From positions 5,830 through 69,829 of IMG/VR virus record IMGVR_UViG_3300009194_000010: a DNA stretch of 64,000 bases. The stretch is one strand, 5' to 3'. The notes beneath the pieces were generated by a model. That model worked only from the letters and a program-made list of their open reading frames with translations. It made no database searches and had not been told where the DNA came from. The DNA comes from a virus. This document shows, one piece after another, positions 46,484-58,842 of the stretch. How positions within the stretch are numbered: the first letter of the stretch is position 1; the number at the start of each line of letters is the position of its first letter. The translations under genes and the position numbers were made by a program.

Positions 46484-48532
46484 ATGTTTTCCAAGGTTAG
46501 GCGCATACTCGGGAATATCAAGGTTGTACAAACGGAAAAAGAAATTGTGGTAACAGGGATTCCTGCCGATACCATGGCACGTGACATCTCTAAAATCTGG
46601 CGTACGTCGCGTATCAATAAAAACATGTTCACGACACTGTCGCGTAACACGTTAGCCTTCCCCCTGTTCTTCGCCACTGATGTCATGTACATGTTGGAAA
46701 CGATGACGACCCACCGGAGTCGCCATACCAATGTGCGCACACTCACCAAGATCAAGAACCTGCTACTGGAGAATACCTGGTTACAGGACACACAGTTAGA
46801 GACCACCCCGCGTCTGGATCTACGTAAATTGACGAATCTGATCTATACCCCGAAGGACTACCAGCAGGAGTTTTTCGAGGCGTACGATCGTCTGACCCAA
46901 CAATACCAGCTCCGTGGGTATCTACTGGCTGCCGCTGCGGGTAGTGGTAAGACCTACATCAATCTGGCATTGGCGGAGTGTCTGGGGGCTGAACGTATTA
47001 TCGTCATCTCACCCAAGAATGCTACCGAACGGGTTTGGGAGGCAGAAGTCCAGAAGCTCTTCAAGAAACCTCCGACCTATTGGGTTCAACAGCACGGCAA
47101 ACCGTATAACGGGGAGCGGGTGGTCATTGCCCACTATGAGTCACTGAATAAACTCCTACCGATTGTAGATAAACTCAAATCACGTAAGACGATGGTGATT
47201 CTCGATGAGTCTCATAACCTCAACGAGATGTCCTCGCAACGCACCCAACTCTATCTCCAGTTGATTGAAGAAGTAGCAGCAGATGATGTTATCTGGGCAT
47301 CGGGTACTCCCATCAAAGCCCTGGGCGCTGAAGCCCTGCCTCTGTTGAGAGCAATCGACCCCTACTTCACCCCGGATGTTGAGGAACGGTTCCGTAAGAT
47401 CTACGGTCGGGATGGTAACCGTGGGTTGGATATCCTCAAACACCGCATCGGACTGATCTCGTTCAAAGTGGAGAAACACCAGTTAGGTCTGGATAAGCCC
47501 ATCATCAAGAAACTCCCCGTGGTGATCCCGAATGGCAAGGACTACACCCTTACTGCTATTCGCCGGGACATGAAAGCCTTCATCGATGAGCGCGCCAAGT
47601 ATTACAACAGTCGACGCAAGGACGACCAGAAGTTCTACGACGAGATGTTGGATGTGTTCTTGAAGACAACGTCGAATAAGCGTCACAAGGACGAACTCAA
47701 ACAGTACCGTACCTATGTCAAAGCTATCCAGAAAGCCGGTGGTGATGCGCGGTTTGTTGCTGAGGAGATCAAGTGGACCAACCGCTGGGAGAAAGAGGTC
47801 GTTATCCCGATGCTACCCAAGGAACACCGGGAACGGTTCAAGGATGTCAAGTCGGTGATCAAGTACGTTAACTTGAAAATCCAAGGCGAAGCGCTGGGTC
47901 GGGTATTGGGGCGTAAGCGTATTGAGTGTCACGTGGATATGGTTCCCCATGTGGACTTTGCTGGTGTCTGTGGGTCCACGCCCAAGAAGACGGTGGTCTT
48001 CACCTCGTTTGTGGAAGCGCTGGAAGCCACCAAGGCGCACCTCGAAAAGAGTGACCTTAACCCGGTGGTGGTCTATGGGAAAACCAACAGTGAGTTGAAT
48101 AAAACGGTCCAACTGTTTGAACAGCAAGAAGACCTCAACCCGCTGGTGGCAACCTACCAGTCACTGTCAACCGCAGTGCCGCTGACCATGGCTGACACCA
48201 TGATCATGTTGAATGCCCCTTTCCGCGCCTATATCCATGAGCAAGCCATTAGTCGTATCCACCGTCTGGGGGCTGATACTCAGACGACGGTATGGGAGTG
48301 CCATCTGGATACGGGGAATGAACCCAATATCTCAACACGTTCCGGCGATATACTGGCCTGGAGCCAACAACAGGTCAGTGCTATTATGGGTATTCGTTCG
48401 CCCTTTGAGGTTGAGGAAAGCGATGGTACGTTGACCGTCTCTAGTGAAGACTATGAAGTGTCTGCTACTTACAACCTCAAGCAAGAACAGCGTGAGGTGA
48501 TGTCCACGCGTCCTCAATACCTGGATTGGTGA
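46484..48532 (+). CDS. superfamily 2 (SNF2/DEAD-like) helicase
   Basis: AAGSGKT, ILDESH, SGTP and QAISRIHRLG motifs. Confidence 0.88.
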   Translation: MFSKVRRILGNIKVVQTEKEIVVTGIPADTMARDISKIWRTSRINKNMFTTLSRNTLAFPLFFATDVMYMLETMTTHRSRHTNVRTLTKIKNLLLENTWLQDTQLETTPRLDLRKLTNLIYTPKDYQQEFFEAYDRLTQQYQLRGYLLAAAAGSGKTYINLALAECLGAERIIVISPKNATERVWEAEVQKLFKKPPTYWVQQHGKPYNGERVVIAHYESLNKLLPIVDKLKSRKTMVILDESHNLNEMSSQRTQLYLQLIEEVAADDVIWASGTPIKALGAEALPLLRAIDPYFTPDVEERFRKIYGRDGNRGLDILKHRIGLISFKVEKHQLGLDKPIIKKLPVVIPNGKDYTLTAIRRDMKAFIDERAKYYNSRRKDDQKFYDEMLDVFLKTTSNKRHKDELKQYRTYVKAIQKAGGDARFVAEEIKWTNRWEKEVVIPMLPKEHRERFKDVKSVIKYVNLKIQGEALGRVLGRKRIECHVDMVPHVDFAGVCGSTPKKTVVFTSFVEALEATKAHLEKSDLNPVVVYGKTNSELNKTVQLFEQQEDLNPLVATYQSLSTAVPLTMADTMIMLNAPFRAYIHEQAISRIHRLGADTQTTVWECHLDTGNEPNISTRSGDILAWSQQQVSAIMGIRSPFEVEESDGTLTVSSEDYEVSATYNLKQEQREVMSTRPQYLDW

Positions 48533-48564
48533 CATATCCCCTCCCCGACTGGGGAGGGGTTCTT

Positions 48565-49263
48565 TTATGCTGCAACCACACGTAAGTCCTGGTCATGACA
48601 GGTTAGGGTCTTGGTGGAAAGGGAGATATGGAAGAACGGTTTGGTGAGGCTGGCCACCACGGAGTTTACTACATCAGCGTAACGCACGGTTTGTTTTTCC
48701 GTGGTAAACTTAACCTCTTCTAAGGACCCACCTCCTTGCTGAATGTCCTTTTTCTGTAATTCCCACTTAGCCCGTTCAATCGCTTTTTCCCGTTTGAAAT
48801 GGGGAACCGAAACCTGATAGAATTCCTGAATAAGGTACTCGGCTAGGTCTTTAATTTTCATGTCGTGTAGTTCGATTTCGGCATGATCGAGTTGAACATT
48901 GATGTCACACAGCGCCTCGTGATTCTGGCGGATGTCCTTGATCTGTTCCATGTCTGGATCAATTACCAGGCGCTTGACCTTCAGATGAATCACGTCACCA
49001 ACCCGCTGGAGTTCCATATAGCGTGGGAAGTCCAGAAAACTCATGTCCTTCTCTTCATTACATAACATGGTCGCTAGGTCGAACAGAGACTTGGTCTCTT
49101 GCTCCCCAGCCGCTTTCACCAGTGTCATGGCTACGTTACTGAACAGGGCGTGGGGATAGCTGGTGGCCATTAAACGACGCAGGGTGGATTCCGCCCGGGT
49201 CCGCCGAACAGGTCGCTGCTCAATCAGCGCTAGGGGAGATTGAATGTTTTTATGTGATTTCAT
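48565..49263 (-). CDS. hypothetical protein
   Basis: 232-aa ORF. Confidence 0.7.
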   Translation of the reverse strand: MKSHKNIQSPLALIEQRPVRRTRAESTLRRLMATSYPHALFSNVAMTLVKAAGEQETKSLFDLATMLCNEEKDMSFLDFPRYMELQRVGDVIHLKVKRLVIDPDMEQIKDIRQNHEALCDINVQLDHAEIELHDMKIKDLAEYLIQEFYQVSVPHFKREKAIERAKWELQKKDIQQGGGSLEEVKFTTEKQTVRYADVVNSVVASLTKPFFHISLSTKTLTCHDQDLRVVAA

Positions 49264-49490
49264 TAAAGAGATTCCTGTTCACGATGAGCTTGGTCGATGG
49301 CGAGTTGAAGCTGCTCCTTTAATGCTTCAGCACCACTGATAAAGTTAGTGTGGGCTTCCGAACGATCGGCCCCGTAGCCGGTCAGATCAATGTGTCCATA
49401 ACAATCGACACCACAGTCACTGTGACTAAAGTGAACTTCATGACTTTGGTGTTTTTGTTTCTTATCATCGTGGTGGTGTAAGATAGCCAT
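49263..49490 (-). CDS. small hypothetical protein
   Basis: 75-aa ORF coupled on both sides (TAATG). Confidence 0.65.
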   Translation of the reverse strand: MAILHHHDDKKQKHQSHEVHFSHSDCGVDCYGHIDLTGYGADRSEAHTNFISGAEALKEQLQLAIDQAHREQESL

Positions 49491-49924
49491 TAGTCAACCG
49501 CTCCCTCCAGGGCCAGCCAGCTATCACGGATCGCCCGACTGTCGTGTAACGCGTTATGGGGTACCTTGGACGCCTTACCCGACAACTCTTCCAGGATCTC
49601 AAAGGTAATCGGTTGGATCTCCATCCAATCCCCTGGTCCGGTTTCCAGACACTGACACAAATGCATAATGTCAATGGGGTAGTCGGCCATCACGTGAACC
49701 TTGGGGAACTGCTTGAGGAAGGCACGCAGTTTGGATTGGAACTCGGCATAGGTGACCGGGGCTTTTTCCAAATACGGCATGACGTTCTTCTGGACCCAGG
49801 GGTCAATGGTATCTTGGACATCCAGGACTTCGTAGAATTCCCGCTGACCATCTTCCGATACCAACGCCAGTGAAATCAATTTACCGCCCAGGCTATTGAA
49901 TTCACAATCACAAAATAAAATCAT
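49490..49924 (-). CDS. DEDDh 3'-5' exo(ribo)nuclease-like protein
   Basis: FCDCEF, LISLALV, WVQKNV and HNALHD motifs. Confidence 0.8.
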   Translation of the reverse strand: MILFCDCEFNSLGGKLISLALVSEDGQREFYEVLDVQDTIDPWVQKNVMPYLEKAPVTYAEFQSKLRAFLKQFPKVHVMADYPIDIMHLCQCLETGPGDWMEIQPITFEILEELSGKASKVPHNALHDSRAIRDSWLALEGAVD

Positions 49925-50307
49925 GCCAGCTCCTCCAGGGTTTTCTTGCGTAAATAAAGTTGTGCTGCAGTTAAGGTAACCGTGTCCCGAAACGTCTGTT
50001 GGGGGTGTCGACCTGTCAGGACCATTGCGGCAATATGCCCACCAGGAACATGCACGACTACCTGTACTTGATCGCTTTTCAGCCAGGTAGTTCCGACATG
50101 GAAACCCCCGAGCGTGACCAGATCCAGGGCATGATCACCAACACCGAGTGGGCACCACGGTCCTTCCCTGTGAGGAAGCCAAAAAGTACTGCCGTCAGTG
50201 GCCCATTGTCCACCCGTTAACCCCACACCGAGCGCCGCATATTCGATTAAATTCGGGTCTTCTAATGCAATCCGATCGCCAGGACGATAACTCAATTGGT
50301 CAGCCAT
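49921..50307 (-). CDS. hypothetical protein
   Basis: 128-aa ORF. Confidence 0.6.
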   Translation of the reverse strand: MADQLSYRPGDRIALEDPNLIEYAALGVGLTGGQWATDGSTFWLPHREGPWCPLGVGDHALDLVTLGGFHVGTTWLKSDQVQVVVHVPGGHIAAMVLTGRHPQQTFRDTVTLTAAQLYLRKKTLEELA

Positions 50308-50393
50308 TACGAAACTCGCTAAAGTAACATTGTCATGTAATGGGTAACTTTTGTATTTTGCAAAAAAAAAAAGAGGCCCCGAAGGGCCCCTAG

Positions 50394-50942
50394 TTATTCT
50401 CCCCGAGGTGCGATCGGAACGACCCGACCACCCCCAGAGCCCCGGCGGTTGCTTTTAACCTCCCGGATCTTCAGGTAGTTCATACCACACTGGTATTTCC
50501 CATCATCACTGATGTACATCTGGAAGTGATGACGGAACTCCGCGCGGATCAGACTTTGCAGATCACTGGGGACGTGGAACACCTTGAGGTATTCGTTGAC
50601 CAGCCGCATCCCCACCGTGGACTTGAGTTCGCGGTTTTCTTCCTTCGCCCGCTCCCGAACCAGCCACATGCAAATTGTACCCACCACCGAGGCATCCAGG
50701 TTGTAGGTAGAGTTGCCGGTTCCCCGGTTCTTGATCTCACTGCCCAGTGCACCAATTTGACGTGCAAGGCCGATGAAGCAGTAGGTGTGTCGGGTGAACA
50801 GCCACCGCAGACCAGTGTGGCCCAGGGTGAAGTTCAGGGTAATAAGCCCAGCCTGGATCAGGCTGGAGTCATGGATGGTGTCCAGCTCGTGGGGTCGGAT
50901 GACGTCTCGGACAGCTTCGAGTGCATCGTTGAGTTCTGACAT
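50394..50942 (-). CDS. hypothetical protein
   Basis: Likely start MSELND after GAGGA RBS; UUCG terminator downstream. Confidence 0.65.
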   Translation of the reverse strand: MSELNDALEAVRDVIRPHELDTIHDSSLIQAGLITLNFTLGHTGLRWLFTRHTYCFIGLARQIGALGSEIKNRGTGNSTYNLDASVVGTICMWLVRERAKEENRELKSTVGMRLVNEYLKVFHVPSDLQSLIRAEFRHHFQMYISDDGKYQCGMNYLKIREVKSNRRGSGGGRVVPIAPRGE

Positions 50943-51040
50943 ACGGTTGTCCTCTTGAAGACGACGGTTCAGCATAGTGCTCATCTAATAGCCCCTTTGG
51001 GTTCTTTTACATTCTTCCGATTAAAGATAACTACTGGATG

Positions 51041-51421
51041 TTACTCGAACTTGGCCCTGCAGCGACGACAGTAATGCTCGCTCAACTCCAGCGCATCGTC
51101 GATCTGTTGTCCGGCTGTGGCACCTGAGAATGCGCCAGCACCTGCCCCAGTCATCGTCGACATCAGGATGCCGGCGAGGCCAGCGGCCGTCAGCCCAGCG
51201 GCAATCGCGGGGATGTTCCACCCCGCAAACGTAAAGACCGTGTTCTTGAAGCCGAAGTGTGCTGCGAGCTCAGACGCTCCTTTAGCGCCTGCATAGCCAG
51301 CAGCAAACCCCAGGCACGCACCACCCACAGCACCGGCGGAGGCACAGACTTTTCTGGCGGTGTTCACTTTGTGAACCCGGGAAGAAGATTTACAGATAGG
51401 ACATTCCGGTTTGTTCGTCAT
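51041..51421 (-). CDS. Gly/Ala-rich membrane protein with terminal CxxC pairs
   Basis: CPIC ... glycine-zipper-like helices ... CRRC. Confidence 0.65.
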   Translation of the reverse strand: MTNKPECPICKSSSRVHKVNTARKVCASAGAVGGACLGFAAGYAGAKGASELAAHFGFKNTVFTFAGWNIPAIAAGLTAAGLAGILMSTMTGAGAGAFSGATAGQQIDDALELSEHYCRRCRAKFE

Positions 51422-51438
51422 GGGTGATGCTCCTTGGG

Positions 51439-52224
51439 TTATTGCCGGAACAGGTGGTAGTTGGGATTTAGCCCAATCACCTCCATGTCGGCATTGTGGC
51501 AGACTTCCATGTAACAGTCACTGGTATCGGTGGCAATGGGGATATACTCCGGAAGCTCTTCACGCCGCAACCGGTAATCGATCCCCTCATCGTCGGTATA
51601 GTCACAGAAGTCCCCACGTGGGTTACACCACAACGTGTAGGTTTTCTGGGCGTTGGTCGTTTCTTGAGACGTGGTGTTACTGACAGGTGCCATCCCCTCG
51701 GTGTGACGGTAGAAGGCATCGGCATCGTTCTCGATCAGGGGTACCTGGAATGCATCTGCCAACGGTCCAGTACCTTTACGGTAGATACGGGCATACCCGG
51801 TATCAGGATCGCGGTTGAGGTAGAAGCCTCGAAGCAGTTGGATTTGGTCCATGTGCAGACCTTTCCAAACATCGCTATCGGCAGGGTAGTCCAGTTTACC
51901 GAGGTATTCTCCTGTGGTGGTGTCGACGCAGGTACCCCCGGTGCAGTCCGCATGGGTGATCCGTTGAATGGTTTCAACGTAGATCTGCCCGCCATCCTCC
52001 TTGATGGTGACCCGTTCGGTTATCGAGTCCATCTCCTTAGGACGACATCGGACCAGAAGTTTTTGGCCCAGGTACTGTGGCCCCACCTCCATGTAACAAC
52101 CCATCTCGTTGGGGAACTCAGCGGTATAGAACGAAGGTGTTTCGTAGTACCACCAGTCGGCGTGAGCATCCGCCATGCCACCAAAGGCAACCATAGCGAA
52201 CAGCATCAGAAAGAACTTTTTCAT
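51439..52224 (-). CDS. exported protein with signal peptide
   Basis: Start MKKFFLMLFAMVAFGGMADAHA after AAGGAG RBS; multiple Cys. Confidence 0.7.
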   Translation of the reverse strand: MKKFFLMLFAMVAFGGMADAHADWWYYETPSFYTAEFPNEMGCYMEVGPQYLGQKLLVRCRPKEMDSITERVTIKEDGGQIYVETIQRITHADCTGGTCVDTTTGEYLGKLDYPADSDVWKGLHMDQIQLLRGFYLNRDPDTGYARIYRKGTGPLADAFQVPLIENDADAFYRHTEGMAPVSNTTSQETTNAQKTYTLWCNPRGDFCDYTDDEGIDYRLRREELPEYIPIATDTSDCYMEVCHNADMEVIGLNPNYHLFRQ

Positions 52225-52298
52225 GGGTGACTCCTTGACGGTCTCGTAGCGGTGATGATTGGGGACAGTACGCCCCACGTTTTTCGGGTTCATTTTAG

Positions 52299-52880
52299 TT
52301 ACTCTGCATAACGGAAATACCACCGTCCCCGGCAGGGACGGTAGGTATGTTTTTGATCGTGGTGACGATGGTAGAAAGACACCATCCCGTTTTCCTTCAG
52401 TACGATTTCCAGTGTGTCCGTTTCACGGGTACGGACCTCATCCAACAGGAGACGTAGCTGTTCTTTCATTTCGTTATGGGAGACGACCCCGCTGGTGATT
52501 TGGGCGGGGGTATCACCATAGGCCGGTAAGTGGCCTTGGCGCTCTACGCTCCCATGACCCTCGTAGATACAACGCAGTAGCTCCATAAGGTCATCACACA
52601 GACTCACCAACGAAGAGCGCTTAGCGAGCAGCTGTGGGAGTTCTAGTGACTGGATCACACGCAGCTCACTGGGTTCGGTACTGTAGGGCCGACCTAACAC
52701 CAGCTGTTCGGGTGAAATGCGAATCGCCAGCCGCCGCTGGTCCATCCCTTCACGCCGGTCGGTAGGTTGAAGGTGCAGGTCCGGAACTTGGCCTTCCCCG
52801 TAACCGGCCAACACAACCTGCAGAAACTGGACGAAACAACGCTCAGTACTGGCTGATGCAAAACTTAGAAGACGGAACAT
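52299..52880 (-). CDS. hypothetical protein
   Basis: 193-aa ORF. Confidence 0.6.
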   Translation of the reverse strand: MFRLLSFASASTERCFVQFLQVVLAGYGEGQVPDLHLQPTDRREGMDQRRLAIRISPEQLVLGRPYSTEPSELRVIQSLELPQLLAKRSSLVSLCDDLMELLRCIYEGHGSVERQGHLPAYGDTPAQITSGVVSHNEMKEQLRLLLDEVRTRETDTLEIVLKENGMVSFYHRHHDQKHTYRPCRGRWYFRYAE

Positions 52881-52937
52881 GCTAAACCCCCTAGATAAAA
52901 AAATAAATAACCGCCTCCGTAGAGGCGGCGGTATCTG

Positions 52938-53183
52938 TTACGCGTTGCTACGGCTGTTGGCCAACACCAGCATCAGTACCCGAACACACCCAGCAAGCAA
53001 GACGCCGAGGGTAGCGAAGTTGAATCCAATGTAGCCAAGGGCTGATGCGACAACCACCGTCAGTACCAGGTTGACCACGATGATCGAGGTCGGCAGGTTG
53101 GGAAGCACCTTCCAGCCAACGATGATTTGGTTCAGAGCGATGAGGAGGGTAGCGGCGAAAATGACGAGATCAAGTGCGAACAT
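52938..53183 (-). CDS. small membrane protein
   Basis: Three hydrophobic segments. Confidence 0.65.
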   Translation of the reverse strand: MFALDLVIFAATLLIALNQIIVGWKVLPNLPTSIIVVNLVLTVVVASALGYIGFNFATLGVLLAGCVRVLMLVLANSRSNA

Positions 53184-53222
53184 GCTGATTTCCTTTTTAC
53201 GTTCTTTCGTTTTTTAATGGGG

Positions 53223-53483
53223 TTATGCGTAACGGGACATCTTGACCCAACCGCTCAGGGCGAGAGGACCAAGGCTTGCCGCAACTGCCAGAGAGGTGAA
53301 CACGTAGCCCGCCTCTTTCAGTTCGATGGTGGCGACCACGGCCACGATAGCGATAAGGATAACCTTAAAGCCATTGGGTCGACCCATGGGGTACGGGAAA
53401 CCCCACATGGCGCCCTTACGCCACAGGGCGATAAGAGCGATCAGACCAGCAATGGCGATGTCGGGGGTGATATGTTCCATCAT
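53223..53483 (-). CDS. small membrane protein
   Basis: Hydrophobic segments, GGAG RBS. Confidence 0.65.
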   Translation of the reverse strand: MMEHITPDIAIAGLIALIALWRKGAMWGFPYPMGRPNGFKVILIAIVAVVATIELKEAGYVFTSLAVAASLGPLALSGWVKMSRYA

Positions 53484-53497
53484 GTTCCTGCTCCCTT

Positions 53498-53599
53498 TTA
53501 ACGTTGTTGGCTGAGACGGGCAAGGGCTTCTGCCGCGAGGCGCTGGGCTTCACGCTGCTGATAGGCTTTGCGATACTCTTGGAATTCTTGGATGCTCAT
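53498..53599 (-). CDS. 33-aa small protein MSIQEFQEYRKAYQQREAQRLAAEALARLSQQR
   Basis: AGGAGG RBS, first gene after an early-type promoter motif. Confidence 0.55.
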   Translation of the reverse strand: MSIQEFQEYRKAYQQREAQRLAAEALARLSQQR

Positions 53600-53725
53600 G
53601 GCACACCTCCTAAGGATAAGTACTTTATAATTCTTTCCGTTTATTCACCTTAGTTATATAGGTCTCAGATTTTTTAGAATGCTAAAAAAAAAAGACCTCT
53701 CCGTAAAAGAGAGGCCTGTGGTCCA

Positions 53726-54439
53726 CTACTCGTCGTCAGGATAGATGCGATCGAGCATCTCCTGGGCGAGCGACCCCTTTTCAGTGAGGTCCAAACCGAT
53801 TGTCACTGGTCCGTCTGCCTTGTATTCTTCGTAGCATTTTTCGCTGGCAGGCATCATCCGCAGATCGTCGGTCTTTTCGATCAGGAAGTACCCTTTCCCT
53901 GAACCCCCGTTGTCGATGACATTGAGGACATCCACGGCAGTTCCCCGGATTTGTTCACGAACCAGTTCCTCCATGCAGTCACTGGGACAGTCCTCGACTT
54001 CATCGGCGGCAGTGACGATGCGCCGATCCACGGCATCGACCACCTGCTCCATGAACTTGTCGCGCTCTTCCTTGAGGATAACCTCACTGTCCCGATCATA
54101 GTAGTCTTCGGTGCGCGTCTTGGTTTCAGCGGCTTGCTCGGTCATAGGTGTTTCCTTGAGTCGTTTGATGTTGGTCACCATCTGACGGCTTTCACCGCGA
54201 TGGCCTGGTTTGCCGGTCTTCTGGTAACTGTGGATCTCAAACTGCCGTCCAAAGCGTGGGTGGGTGATCCACTCCCCACTTAGCTGGTACTCCACGGTCT
54301 TGCGTGGTGGTGGGGCGTCCGTTCCCCGGTAAGTGGCGGTTTCAAACTTACCCCCTGGACAATACAGGACGTAAAGATGGAACTCACCATTGTCGGTTTC
54401 ATAGGTCTTACGTATGAGCTTGCCGATTTGCAGTGTCAT
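53726..54439 (-). CDS. protein with N-terminal RecD2/YrrC-like OB domain and acidic C-terminal domain
   Basis: LSGEWITHPRFGRQFEI motif; GGAGG RBS; second RBS before internal MTEQ. Confidence 0.6.
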   Translation of the reverse strand: MTLQIGKLIRKTYETDNGEFHLYVLYCPGGKFETATYRGTDAPPPRKTVEYQLSGEWITHPRFGRQFEIHSYQKTGKPGHRGESRQMVTNIKRLKETPMTEQAAETKTRTEDYYDRDSEVILKEERDKFMEQVVDAVDRRIVTAADEVEDCPSDCMEELVREQIRGTAVDVLNVIDNGGSGKGYFLIEKTDDLRMMPASEKCYEEYKADGPVTIGLDLTEKGSLAQEMLDRIYPDDE

Positions 54440-54481
54440 ACAACCTCCTGCCTAACACAGGGAGATGGACGCCCTCAGGGG

Positions 54482-55027
54482 TTAATCGAGATAGGGCGCG
54501 AGTTTCTCGATCACGGCATCATAGTTCGGAGCACCATACATGTTCAGCACCGGTACCCCATTACGCAATGCCAGTTGGACGGCAGTGTTGGTTCCTCCTT
54601 TGACGACGTTGCGGTTGTTACCCTGATACTCCGCCCAGCAGAGCAGAAAGCGACTGGGGGTTTTCAGGTCAAGCCCCAGCACCTGATACACGTTTCGGGT
54701 ATGGAGGGCCCTCGCCCCACGGGACAGTCGATCCCACGCAGGGTGAATGGTCTCGGCGATGCTGGCGGCTTCCCCGCGGTTTTCCAGACCGGTCATGTCG
54801 ATCACTCCAGGTCCACCGGTATAGCCGTTAAAGCCCGACCAGGGAACAAAGATCTCCTTGTACTCCGGTACGGTCACGCCCTTTTCGAAGGCGTTATCGG
54901 ACCCTTTAGCGCCTCCGGAGCGCAACACATAACCTCGCCCCTCCAGGTGCATGGCCAGCTGTTGTTGGATCAGCTGGATAGCCTCAGGGGTATTGCGGCT
55001 ACCGACGCCGGTATAAAACATCGACAT
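54482..55027 (-). CDS. SLOG/DprA-like Rossmann-fold protein
   Basis: YTGVGSRNTP, LRSGGAKGSD, RNVYQVLG, GGT..A...A and PVLN motifs. Confidence 0.8.
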   Translation of the reverse strand: MSMFYTGVGSRNTPEAIQLIQQQLAMHLEGRGYVLRSGGAKGSDNAFEKGVTVPEYKEIFVPWSGFNGYTGGPGVIDMTGLENRGEAASIAETIHPAWDRLSRGARALHTRNVYQVLGLDLKTPSRFLLCWAEYQGNNRNVVKGGTNTAVQLALRNGVPVLNMYGAPNYDAVIEKLAPYLD

Positions 55028-55041
55028 AGCGATGACTCCTC

Positions 55042-55647
55042 TCAGCGGTTGAGATACACGACCACTTTGCGTTTGGGGCGTGCTTCGTTGGGCGTCAGTA
55101 GACGCCAGTGACTGGGCAGGGTCTTTCCATCCACCTCAGTCGGGTCAGGTACAAAGACGTAGCGATTGCGGGTAAGGAACTTTTCGATCCGCGGTACGCC
55201 CTCCGGGTGGGATGAGACGATACAGACCCGCTTGGGAAGACGGTCAGTCAGGAGGGCCCATTCCAGGACGTCCAGACCAGTGTCCCCGATGCCCAGGGAA
55301 TAATCGAGAAACAGGACCTCGACGGGCTTCGACCGAATGGCCCAGCAGGCATCCTCTGCATTACGGACCACCGTGTCAGCCAGCGCGTTTTCACGCCAGT
55401 CATCCACCAACAGCCAACCATTATGGTCGGCGCCGGTCCGTTCCGGTGTTACCGGATCGACTCGGGCAGCACCACCATGTTCATTGATCACGCGGGCATT
55501 GTGTTCAGCCTCGTATTGGTCGATGTGCCAACCCAGGACACCAGCACCAAGGCCTGGGTGTCCACCCACGACCTTATAGTGTGCCTTGCTGTAACTGGTG
55601 CTGGGATAGAGGCTCCCTTGGGCGATTTCTTCAGCATGTATGTTCAT
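55042..55647 (-). CDS. protein with C-terminal receiver-like domain (cyclic-phosphate-processing type)
   Basis: LLVDDWR, VRN, FLDYSLG, TGLDVLEW and IVSSHPEG motifs. Confidence 0.6.
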   Translation of the reverse strand: MNIHAEEIAQGSLYPSTSYSKAHYKVVGGHPGLGAGVLGWHIDQYEAEHNARVINEHGGAARVDPVTPERTGADHNGWLLVDDWRENALADTVVRNAEDACWAIRSKPVEVLFLDYSLGIGDTGLDVLEWALLTDRLPKRVCIVSSHPEGVPRIEKFLTRNRYVFVPDPTEVDGKTLPSHWRLLTPNEARPKRKVVVYLNR

Positions 55648-55667
55648 GATTACCGTTCCTTTTTGTA

Positions 55668-56210
55668 TTACTCGAGGTGAGTGTTCCGGACAACAAACTT
55701 AACGCCATCGAACCACCAATCAACACCGTCGTGAGTAACGGTGGTGCCGATAGCTAGGGAGATGATGTTGAAGCCACGATTGGACCACGGTATTTGGTCG
55801 GTCAGCAGGGTGATCATCTTCTTGTCATGAGGACTGTAGACGTAGTGGAGGTCGGTGGGCGCGTAATGGTAGAGGGGCTCGCCTTGTTCCAATCGAAGTG
55901 GGTACCACTGACCGTTGAGGTTCCCTCCGGGAGTTCCTGGGGCGTTTAACCCACAGCGCCAGCGTCCATATCCGACCTTCGTAGGGAACATCATCAACAG
56001 GTAGTGGATTACCGTACCACATTGACACAGGTAGTGCCAGTGGTAATCGGTGTCCCGAAAGCGCACCACGGTATCGTCGGCATGCATGGGACGTTCACAC
56101 CCCGGACATTTTGTTTCCCATCCGTACCGATCCAGTGCCTCTTTGCGTTGTTTCTTTGCCTGCCGTGCCTCGTGGCGGTCAATCATCATCCGTAACCAAC
56201 GATACATCAT
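55668..56210 (-). CDS. hypothetical protein with Cys motifs
   Basis: GAGGAG RBS before MMYRW; CPGC and CQCG motifs. Confidence 0.6.
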   Translation of the reverse strand: MMYRWLRMMIDRHEARQAKKQRKEALDRYGWETKCPGCERPMHADDTVVRFRDTDYHWHYLCQCGTVIHYLLMMFPTKVGYGRWRCGLNAPGTPGGNLNGQWYPLRLEQGEPLYHYAPTDLHYVYSPHDKKMITLLTDQIPWSNRGFNIISLAIGTTVTHDGVDWWFDGVKFVVRNTHLE

Positions 56211-56226
56211 GGTACTCCTCTCGTAT

Positions 56227-58251
<2,025 letters not shown>

Positions 58252-58842
58252 TTAAATGAGGTTAGCGATTTGCCGATCAATGTCATCGGCTTCCTCTTTA
58301 TCGTATTCAAACACGACCGCCTGTTCGCTCAGGTAGTCGGAGATTCCCACGACGTCGTCTTCTGTCAGGAAGAGTTCTTTCTTGCGGGCCCGTACCACGG
58401 AGATCAGGTCGGGGAACTCTTTTGACCATGGTGCCATTACCACACCACGGGCATAGATGTGCTTGCTGTTGGCATTGTCTTCAGCGTGCTTGATAGCTGC
58501 CGTTAGTAGCGGGCGCAGCGATTGCTTACCCACACGAATCGGTTCGGAGGTATTGCCAAACCCAAACAGCCGATACTCCTTGCCCCACTGATCCCGACAG
58601 TAGGTGATTGACACGCACTGCCAGATGAAGGGCGTGTAGTGGACCTGGAATTCGATCTCATCCATGGTCGCGGGTTTGATCAGTCCCCGATAGCCACGGT
58701 GCGTGACCAGCGGAGTATCATCCTGGTCGGAGTGCCAGCGGTAATAGTAGAACTGTTTCAGGTAACGTTGCAGCTTTTTGACGGCATTGCTCGAACGGGC
58801 GGTACTACGCTTGGCGGTCTTTTTGGTCTTGCTACGGGCCAT
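58252..58842 (-). CDS. hypothetical protein
   Basis: 196-aa ORF, AGGAG RBS. Confidence 0.7.
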   Translation of the reverse strand: MARSKTKKTAKRSTARSSNAVKKLQRYLKQFYYYRWHSDQDDTPLVTHRGYRGLIKPATMDEIEFQVHYTPFIWQCVSITYCRDQWGKEYRLFGFGNTSEPIRVGKQSLRPLLTAAIKHAEDNANSKHIYARGVVMAPWSKEFPDLISVVRARKKELFLTEDDVVGISDYLSEQAVVFEYDKEEADDIDRQIANLI

